From: an uncultured Ohtaekwangia sp.
Lineage (GTDB): Bacteria > Bacteroidota > Bacteroidia > Cytophagales > Cyclobacteriaceae
DNA: 64,000 nucleotides
Reading direction: 5' to 3'
Assembly (NCBI GenBank): GCA_964510765.1
Contig: CAZECP010000011.1
Location: forward strand, 2,519-66,518
Shown: piece after piece, positions 57,105 to 64,000 of the stretch
Position numbering within the stretch: the stretch's first letter is position 1
Layout: every line of letters starts with the position of its first letter
The notes under the pieces: model-generated
Database searches by the model: none
Told to the model about the DNA's origin: nothing
What the model saw: the letters and a program-made list of their open reading frames with translations, nothing else
Translations under genes and position numbers: made by a program

Positions 57105-59481
57105 AATCTACATTAGAGAGGCATTTCGCTTTTTTTCGAAAAATGTTGCTTTTGCTTATCTGAATTTTTTTGGTTTATTATTCGGTTTTATAGCCTCACT
57201 AATTCTTGTATCCTACGTTAATTTCCAATTAAGTTTTGACTCCTTTCATCCTGAGGCCGACAAAATCTTTAGAGTACAAATTGGTGAGGGAGATACTGCA
57301 CCGAAAACTTTCCCTGCACTATCCACTGCCTTGAAAGATAAATGTGCAGATTGTCTTTTAACAAGGCTTAAGAGCGTAAGTGGGAGCATCGGAAGTGAAA
57401 ACTCTCCCTTTCAGGAACAAAAGATTTACTGGGTGGACGATTCATTTTTGTCCTTACTTGAATATCCTCTTCTTTCAGGCAAACGCGATGAAGTTTTGAA
57501 AAGAAAAAATACAGCTGTTATTAGCGAAAAGCTGGCAGCGATGCTATTTGGACAAAATGATCCTGTTGGAAGGACATTTATTTTTTCAGATCTATACAAT
57601 AGAGAAACTCGTTTTGAAATAACTGGTGTGCTTGCCAATGTTTCATTCAATTCGCACCTTACTTTTGATGCCCTTTTTTCCTATAGCACTCTAGAAGAAA
57701 GTTCACCAGATTATCAGTATGGGTGGAGCTGGCGTGGCGTTTATACTTACATTAAGTTACCAGACGTGCGCCAAACCATTAAAATAAATAGCTACTATTC
57801 CGAAATTGTAAATAAGTATAAAGACCAACCAAACAATTCAATCCAGGCGAATGAAAAAATCAATTTGGTGCCTATTCAAAACGTTCATCTTTATTCTCAT
57901 TCATCTGCCGATTCTGAAACGTATGGTAATATTGAAGTTGTTTATTTTTTATCCGGCTTTGCAATTTTAATCTTCATTATTTCAGTCTTTAACTACCTTA
58001 ATCTTACAGTAGTTTCAGCAACTTTTCGCAATAAGGAGATTGGAATCAAAAAGATTCTTGGAGCTAGCAAAATAGAAATCATTAGACAGTTTTTCATTGA
58101 ATCAATTCTTATTTACGGATTAGCATTTATTTTCTCAGTTTGCATATTAATCATTGTTTTTCCTTACATCAATGAAATTGTGCATATCCAAAATCCAATT
58201 GTATTACTTAAAAACCTGACGGTCATCGGCATGATATTCACAACACTCCTTTCAGGAGTATTTGTATCATGTCTCTACACTTTTATCTTATCAAGTAAAA
58301 CCCAACCGTTAAATATCATCAGCAATACTTATAATAAGACAATAAAGAGCCCGGCCAGAATTTTGGTAGTAGTTCAACTTATAGTAACTATTTTTCTATT
58401 AGTTTCAGCTTATACCATCTATTTGCAAATAAACTATATGCGAAGTCGTGATCTTGGGATTAACACAAATAGGATTATGGTTATTAAACCCCCAAGAAAT
58501 ATTGAGGGTCTCCAATCTTCGCACAGCCAATTCAAAAATTCTTTACTGAATTTGAATGCAATTAGCTCTTTCACCGCTTGTAGCCAAGTGCCTGGAAAAA
58601 AAATTACCGGTAGTTGGTGGGATGTTGAGCCTGAAGATAAGCGATTTACTCCAGATGCTAATGCAGAGTACTTTCTATTGCAAACAGATGGTCAATTTGT
58701 TAGTGTTTTTGAACTGAAATTGATTTACGGTAGAAATTTTAAAAAAGAGGATGTCCAGAAAATAATAATCAATGAAAAATCAGTCAAATTGCTGGGGTTT
58801 CAATCTCCAATAGATGCTGTTGATCAAAATTTAAAAGTGGGAAGTGAGACTTACAATATAATTGGTATCGTTAAAGATTATCACCATCTGTCTTTGCGTG
58901 AAGACATTTTACCCCTTATTATCAGCAACAAAGAAATCACTTCACCCTACTATGCATTAAAAGTTAATGCTGATGAACAACTTGTCTCAGTGATTTCCGA
59001 CATAGAAAAAATTTGGAAAGCTTCCTACACCAATAACGCGTTTGACTACTTTTTTTTAAACGAAGCATTTGACAAACAATATCAAGATGATGTGAGATTT
59101 GGAAAAACAATTGGAATCATAGCATTTTTAATCATGATCATCTCGTATTTTGGATTAGTCGGTACACTAGTTTTTGCAACTCAAAAGAGATCTAAAGAAA
59201 TAAGTATCCGAAGATTGCTTGGCTGTGATACAAAATCCATTTTTGTCCTTTTCTTCAAGAGTAATGCTGTTCAGATAATTGTTGCCGCTATTATTTCCCT
59301 TCCTATCTCATTTTATTTACTACAGGCTTGGATTACAAGATATCCTTTTAGAATTGAATTGACAGTTCAGTTGTTTTTGTATCCTGTACTTTTTGTTTTT
59401 ATAATATCAATAATATCAGTTAATATGGTTGTTACAAGAATAGTGCACAGTCAAAGTATCATTGAAAAACTTAAGGATTAA
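57097..59481 (+). CDS. Full-length FtsX/MacB-like ABC transporter permease
   Basis: 794 aa with the same architecture as 22397..24784 ('EIGIKKILGA', 'EISIRRLLGC'). It overlaps the MauE-like gene by 8 nt and has no adjacent ATPase. Confidence 0.85.
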   Translation: MNKIYIREAFRFFSKNVAFAYLNFFGLLFGFIASLILVSYVNFQLSFDSFHPEADKIFRVQIGEGDTAPKTFPALSTALKDKCADCLLTRLKSVSGSIGSENSPFQEQKIYWVDDSFLSLLEYPLLSGKRDEVLKRKNTAVISEKLAAMLFGQNDPVGRTFIFSDLYNRETRFEITGVLANVSFNSHLTFDALFSYSTLEESSPDYQYGWSWRGVYTYIKLPDVRQTIKINSYYSEIVNKYKDQPNNSIQANEKINLVPIQNVHLYSHSSADSETYGNIEVVYFLSGFAILIFIISVFNYLNLTVVSATFRNKEIGIKKILGASKIEIIRQFFIESILIYGLAFIFSVCILIIVFPYINEIVHIQNPIVLLKNLTVIGMIFTTLLSGVFVSCLYTFILSSKTQPLNIISNTYNKTIKSPARILVVVQLIVTIFLLVSAYTIYLQINYMRSRDLGINTNRIMVIKPPRNIEGLQSSHSQFKNSLLNLNAISSFTACSQVPGKKITGSWWDVEPEDKRFTPDANAEYFLLQTDGQFVSVFELKLIYGRNFKKEDVQKIIINEKSVKLLGFQSPIDAVDQNLKVGSETYNIIGIVKDYHHLSLREDILPLIISNKEITSPYYALKVNADEQLVSVISDIEKIWKASYTNNAFDYFFLNEAFDKQYQDDVRFGKTIGIIAFLIMIISYFGLVGTLVFATQKRSKEISIRRLLGCDTKSIFVLFFKSNAVQIIVAAIISLPISFYLLQAWITRYPFRIELTVQLFLYPVLFVFIISIISVNMVVTRIVHSQSIIEKLKD

Positions 59482-59575
59482 TAGTGTTGTTCAACTGTAA
59501 TTATTATTGGCTCGCCTCCTGGTGAAGCCTCTTGAATGTAATTTGGGAATTTGAGCGGGCCCAATAAGACATGAT

Positions 59576-61228
59576 TTAACTTAAATACATTTTCTCGTAA
59601 TACTCATCGGCCATACGACCAGAGTCAAATGGTGGAAGTACATCCTTCATCGAGGCTTTCACAATTTTCATCCACTTGTCAGGTGATTTGTAGTACATCG
59701 GAATGATTTCCTTCTCCAGCAAATTATAAAGATTATTTGCCTCTTGTTTGTCGCGCTCTTCCTGCGAAAGCGAATCATCCGCAGTTTCAATTACAAAGCA
59801 ATTTTTTCCGGCTTTCGCAAATTCAGGAACCCAACCATCAGGAATAGACAAGTTGATGCTTGCATTCATCGCGGCAGTCATACCTGAAGTTCCCGATGCT
59901 TCGTGATACAACCGTGGATTGTTCAACCACAAGTCAGATCCTTTTTTCAAATGACCTGACAACCACAATTCATATCCGGTTAACACAGTGCAATTCGGAA
60001 TATCTTTTGTTTTCCAATAAATTTCATTGAAGATGTTGATCGCTGCGTAATCTTCAGGATAAGGTTTGCCAGCCCAAATAACCTGAATCGGGTAATCTGG
60101 ATTCTTTACAAGTTTTAAGAAACGATCGAAGTCGTGAAGCAAAAGGTTGGCGCGTTTGTAAGCTGCAAACCTTCGTGACCACACAATCGTGAGCACATTC
60201 GGATCAAACAATTTTCCGGTTTGGTTGGCTACTACGCGGAAGAGTTTGTATTTCAGTTCCTTTTTTCTTTCTGCAATGCCTTTGTCGTTGTCTTTGGCCA
60301 ACGCTTTATCCAACTCAGAATCCATCCAATACGTTTTGTTCTGCGCGTTGGTGACGGAATCAATTTTACAAATATCGTTGTACTTGCCCCACATTTTGCG
60401 CGCAACCTCGCCATGTAATTTTGAAACACCGTTGGCGATTTTCGCCAGGCGCAAAGCCGTGAGTGTGTAGTTCAGATTTCCGCTTTCAGGATGAACATAT
60501 TCTTCCGCTTGTTTTACAGTAAGGCCGTTGAAGAAACTCATGCCATTCAAAAGTGGAATGCTGTGCTCTTCATTGCCCGCTAGTTCGGGTGTGTGCGTGG
60601 TGAAGACAACACGCTTTTTCACTTCATTAACATCTTTGTATTTATCCAACAAGTAGAAGCAAAGCGGCAACGCATGACCTTCATTCATGTGATAGATGTC
60701 GGTTTGCCTTTCGAGAATGTCGAGCAGTTTTGCACCGCCTATTCCCAGCAGGATGGATTGCGCAATTCGCGTTGTCTCATTCGGATCATACAAACGATGA
60801 CTGATCGTTTGCGCGAGATAATCATTCTCAGGAATGTCAGTCGTCAACAAAAATATCGGAGCCGTTTTGAAAACTTCCGGCTTCAACAGCATCGCTTTCA
60901 CAAATACTTTGCTTCCATGAATGGTGATCGGAAAAACAATATTGGTATCTGTGAGAAAGAAATAATCTTTATCGCGGAAAGTAACTTTCAAAGTTTGATC
61001 CTGATTGCGCTCCTGGTCATAGTATCCTTTTTTCCAAAGAATGCCGATGCCGATCATATTTTGCTTCAGCTCATAAGCGCTGCGCATGTGTGAGCCGGCA
61101 AGGAAGCCGAGGCCCCCACTGTAAATTTTCAGGGGTTGATCAACCGCGAACTCCATTGAGAAGTAAGCCACGGGTTTGGAATATTTTTTATCGAATTTGT
61201 AAGAGAATGGATTAAAAAGTTGGGCCAT
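59576..61228 (-). CDS. glgP: Alpha-glucan family phosphorylase (GT35, short GlgP-type)
   Basis: 550 aa. 'AYFSMEFA', 'YSGGLGFLAGSH', 'HMNEGHA', 'VFTTHTP' and 'EASGTSGMTAAMN' (PLP Lys region) are present. Confidence 0.9.
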   Translation of the reverse strand: MAQLFNPFSYKFDKKYSKPVAYFSMEFAVDQPLKIYSGGLGFLAGSHMRSAYELKQNMIGIGILWKKGYYDQERNQDQTLKVTFRDKDYFFLTDTNIVFPITIHGSKVFVKAMLLKPEVFKTAPIFLLTTDIPENDYLAQTISHRLYDPNETTRIAQSILLGIGGAKLLDILERQTDIYHMNEGHALPLCFYLLDKYKDVNEVKKRVVFTTHTPELAGNEEHSIPLLNGMSFFNGLTVKQAEEYVHPESGNLNYTLTALRLAKIANGVSKLHGEVARKMWGKYNDICKIDSVTNAQNKTYWMDSELDKALAKDNDKGIAERKKELKYKLFRVVANQTGKLFDPNVLTIVWSRRFAAYKRANLLLHDFDRFLKLVKNPDYPIQVIWAGKPYPEDYAAINIFNEIYWKTKDIPNCTVLTGYELWLSGHLKKGSDLWLNNPRLYHEASGTSGMTAAMNASINLSIPDGWVPEFAKAGKNCFVIETADDSLSQEERDKQEANNLYNLLEKEIIPMYYKSPDKWMKIVKASMKDVLPPFDSGRMADEYYEKMYLS

Positions 61229-61352
61229 GACAGATTTTTAAGACAAGTTTAGGTTTACGTTTCGCGAAGCTAACATAAGATGTGAACATACAAATTATGA
61301 AGTAAGCTATTGGTTATGCAAACGTTTGTAATTTTAAGGCTATTTTATAAAA

Positions 61353-61841
61353 ATGAAAATCGAAATCACACTCACGAAAGTGAAACCCATTTTAGAGGAA
61401 TGTGCAAAATTAATGGCTTCATCTGAGCCGTGGATAACTTTGAAACGAGGTTTTGAAGATTGCCGCTCATCACTGGATGGCGACTTCAGAGAAGTGTATG
61501 TGGCCAAGCAAAACGAAGAAATTATCGGATTGATTGTGCTGCAGATGAAAGGAAGCTTTTCGGGTTACTTGCAAAGCATTTGCATTTCTCCTGAGATGAG
61601 GAGGGTTGGACTCGGAAAGAAATTGATTCAATTTGCTGAGGAGAGAGTTTTCTCGGCTTCACCGAATTTATTTCTCTGCGTTTCTGATTTTAATCTCGAT
61701 GCCATAAAACTCTATGAAGAGTTGGGGTATGAAAGAATTGGGGTGATCGATGATTTTGTGGAGCGTGGCTTCCGCGAAATCCTGATGCGCAAAACGATCG
61801 GCTCGTGGAATGAATTCAAAAATTCGCAATTGACAAATTGA
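61353..61841 (+). CDS. GNAT-family N-acetyltransferase
   Basis: 162 aa. 'RRVGLGKKLIQFAE' is the acetyl-CoA-binding Q/RxxGxG/A motif. Confidence 0.8.
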   Translation: MKIEITLTKVKPILEECAKLMASSEPWITLKRGFEDCRSSLDGDFREVYVAKQNEEIIGLIVLQMKGSFSGYLQSICISPEMRRVGLGKKLIQFAEERVFSASPNLFLCVSDFNLDAIKLYEELGYERIGVIDDFVERGFREILMRKTIGSWNEFKNSQLTN

Positions 61842-61881
61842 TCAATCACCATTGACCATTACATTTGCCGCTTAATTTTTC

Positions 61882-62541
61882 ATGATGAATCAGTTTGCTT
61901 TTGTTTTTGATATGGATGGTGTGATTGTGGATACCAATCCTTATCACAAAATTTCTCTACGCCAGTTTGCTGAAAAGTATGGCTACTTACTTTCGGAAGA
62001 GGATCTGATCAAGAAAATTTATGGACGCACCAACAAAGAATGGATTCCCAATTTGTTTGGTCGCGCTATGTCTGCCGAAGAAGTGAGCCGTTTTGGTGAA
62101 GAAAAGGAACAACTCTTCCGTGATATTTATGAAAAGGACATCAAAGAAGTTTCCGGTCTTACTGCTTTTTTGAATGACGCAATAAAGCTGAATATCAAAA
62201 TGGCAATCGGCACCTCAGCGCCAAGAAGCAATGTGGATTTTGTGTTGAAACATACAGGCATAGAAAAATTCTTCCCAGTGATTTTGGACGAGTCGCACGT
62301 TACTCATGGCAAACCCAATCCGGAAATTTATATCAACTGTGCGGCTGCACTAAAATTTCCGACATCGCAGTGTATCGTATTTGAAGATTCGCTTTCAGGC
62401 GTAGCTGCGGGAAAAGCGGCCGGTTGTCATGTTGTTGGTATTGCAACCACTCATTCTGCAGACGAACTCGGTACTAAAGTGACGATGAGCGATTTTACTC
62501 AATTGAGTCCGTCAGGAATTATTAAAGAACTGCTTAAATAG
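61882..62541 (+). CDS. HAD-superfamily hydrolase, beta-phosphoglucomutase-like
   Basis: 'AFVFDMDGVIVDT' (motif I), 'GTSAPR' (motif II) and 'CIVFEDSLSGVAAGKAAG' (motifs III/IV). Confidence 0.85.
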   Translation: MMNQFAFVFDMDGVIVDTNPYHKISLRQFAEKYGYLLSEEDLIKKIYGRTNKEWIPNLFGRAMSAEEVSRFGEEKEQLFRDIYEKDIKEVSGLTAFLNDAIKLNIKMAIGTSAPRSNVDFVLKHTGIEKFFPVILDESHVTHGKPNPEIYINCAAALKFPTSQCIVFEDSLSGVAAGKAAGCHVVGIATTHSADELGTKVTMSDFTQLSPSGIIKELLK

Positions 62542-62557
62542 AATTTTTAAACACCTC

Positions 62558-63586
62558 TCAGAAATGTTTCCAGCCTTGAGCTGTTAGTGGAACAACGGTT
62601 CCTTGTTTAGAAATCATCACGTTTTGTTTTGCATTCTCATGCATATGCCCGATAAAATGAATGTCGGGATGATTTTTTAATTTCTCGTAATCGGAGGGAG
62701 AAATAGTGAAGAGCAATTCGTAGTCTTCCCCACCACTCAGTGCCACGGTGATCGGATCCAGTTTGAATTCAAGTGCTGTGTCATAAGTCATGGAATCAAT
62801 CGGTACTTTCTCTTCAAACAGCTTCACGCCCAAATTTGAATTTTTGCTGATGTGAAGCAGTTCACTTGCCAACCCATCCGAAATATCAATCATCGAAGTC
62901 GGCACAATATTTTTTTCTTCGAATTCATAAATCAAATCCATTCGCGCTTCCGGCTTCAACTGCCGCCCCACAATGTATTCATATTTATCGAGGCTCGGCT
63001 GCATTTGTGGGTTGGCGATGAATTCTTGTTTCTCGCGCTCCAACACTTGCAAGCCCATGAAGGCTGCGCCTAAATCTCCACTCACACAAATAATATCATT
63101 TGCTTTCGCTCCACTTCTCAGCACCCTTTTATCTTTTGACGAACGACCTATCGCAGTAATGGAAATCACAAGACCTGAAGACGATGAGGTGGTGTCGCCA
63201 CCGACCAAATCAACTTTATAATTTTTACATGCGGCTTGTATTCCTTCATAAAGCAAATCAATCGCTTCCACCGAAAAGCGATTACTCAGTGCAAGACTAA
63301 TCACAATTTGTTCTGGCTTGCCGTTCATCGCAGCAATGTCGCTCACATTCACTGCTACTGCTTTGTACCCAAGATGCTGCAATGGCACATACGACAAATC
63401 AAAATGAGGACCTTCAAGCAGCATGTCGGTTGTGATCAGCAGATTTTCGGTACCGATGTCGATCACGGCTGCGTCATCGCCAATGCCTTTCAGGGATGTA
63501 CTGTTTTGTAAAGAAATGTTTTGTTTGATGCGATCAATCAATCCAAATTCTCCCAGTTGTGCTATTTCAGTTCTTTTTTCACTCAT
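62558..63586 (-). CDS. thiL: Thiamine-monophosphate kinase
   Basis: The start at ATG 63586 gives MSEKRTEIAQLGEFGLIDRI. 'GIGDDAAVI', 'GGDTTSS' and 'SGGEDYELLFT' are ThiL/AIR-synthase-related motifs. Confidence 0.85.
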   Translation of the reverse strand: MSEKRTEIAQLGEFGLIDRIKQNISLQNSTSLKGIGDDAAVIDIGTENLLITTDMLLEGPHFDLSYVPLQHLGYKAVAVNVSDIAAMNGKPEQIVISLALSNRFSVEAIDLLYEGIQAACKNYKVDLVGGDTTSSSSGLVISITAIGRSSKDKRVLRSGAKANDIICVSGDLGAAFMGLQVLEREKQEFIANPQMQPSLDKYEYIVGRQLKPEARMDLIYEFEEKNIVPTSMIDISDGLASELLHISKNSNLGVKLFEEKVPIDSMTYDTALEFKLDPITVALSGGEDYELLFTISPSDYEKLKNHPDIHFIGHMHENAKQNVMISKQGTVVPLTAQGWKHF

Positions 63587-63706
63587 GTATTCAATGCAGT
63601 TGGACGGTACTTCCGTCAGTTCGTCCGGCAAAAATACAACAATACTTTTCAAGCATTGATTAAAATGATTTTTGCAAATAACTATGCAAGACCTAATTGT
63701 AAAATT

Positions 63707-63862
63707 ATGAAACGCAAGCTGGTACTTTTGGCTCTCACATTGGTGACACTCACATCATGCGGCCCGAAGTCGTACTACCAAACGGCAGAAGGAAAACGAA
63801 AGCAGAAATATTATAACGCAATTCAATTTGGTCAGAAGGAAAGACCGAAGATGAAGTTTTGA
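63707..63862 (+). CDS. Small (51-aa) basic lipoprotein
   Basis: The internal ATG of track ORF 63521..63862 gives MKRKLVLLALTLVTLTSCGPKSYYQ..., with an LTSC lipobox. The longer form would overlap thiL. Confidence 0.45.
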   Translation: MKRKLVLLALTLVTLTSCGPKSYYQTAEGKRKQKYYNAIQFGQKERPKMKF

Positions 63863-64000
63863 TCCCGATTATAGTGATTCTTTTTGATGGCCTGATTCCA
63901 AAACTTCGAAGAGAAAATTCTTACTCACGATTTATCTGTAATGTGTTTTAATGAATTATCTGTGGCCATCTTTGAATCTGTAGCAAAGCAAGACATATAT

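Noticed and set aside
59482-59575. Possible bidirectional terminator between the FtsX permease and glgP (TTATTGGCTCGC ... GCGGGCCCAATAA)
   Set aside because: The arms are imperfect, with a mismatch or indel. They are separated by about 30 nt and have no T-run, so the support is too weak for a feature call.

Overview
This 64-kb chromosomal window most likely comes from a Bacteroidota genome of the Cytophagia or Sphingobacteriia type. Supporting markers are T9SS type-B C-terminal sorting domains, a PorP/SprF gene, a GloVer-repeat protein, full-length FtsX/MacB-like permeases, ftsK-lolA synteny, and the absence of Shine-Dalgarno signals. I saw no rRNA, tRNA, CRISPR array, transposase or integrase.

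Most of the window is densely packed housekeeping genes: rocD, prmC, ribD, pyrF, lolA, ftsK, thiL, a glgP-like phosphorylase, an ABC-F ATPase, a CPA2 antiporter, and assorted HAD, GNAT and aldo/keto reductase enzymes.

Five regions stand out:
1. 54.1-59.5 kb holds a heavily stem-looped divergent intergenic region followed by a visibly AT-richer, tightly coupled locus. The locus encodes a LuxR-type response regulator, a 56-aa signal-peptide-bearing Cys/Gly-rich peptide with its own hairpin, a membrane-anchored beta-rich protein, a MauE/DoxX-like 'PCSCGG' membrane protein, and an FtsX-type permease. It fits no named RiPP or bacteriocin class and is my best candidate for an undescribed system.
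2. 14.3-22.3 kb is an amidoligase-type cluster: two ATP-grasp-like proteins, a GCS2/YbdK carboxylate-amine ligase, a class-I glutamine amidotransferase, and three alpha/beta hydrolases.
3. 3.0-6.3 kb is a vWA, ChlI-like AAA+ and AlbA_2 (Schlafen-like) triad with overlapping reading frames.
4. 35.6-49.1 kb is a 13.5-kb co-directional block. It runs from a TPR histidine kinase and NarL-type regulator through an IPT lipoprotein and two giant T9SS type-B cargo proteins to PorP/SprF. The cargo proteins carry 14 FG-GAP blades and 14 GloVer repeats respectively, and share a conserved 185-aa C-terminal cassette.
5. 1-2.8 kb is a hypoxia-type module of an fnr-like gene, a USP and ccoI, with a near-consensus FNR box and an unannotated 37-aa lipoprotein gene that has its own terminator.

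All functional calls come from motif and family recognition by eye. No database search was run.
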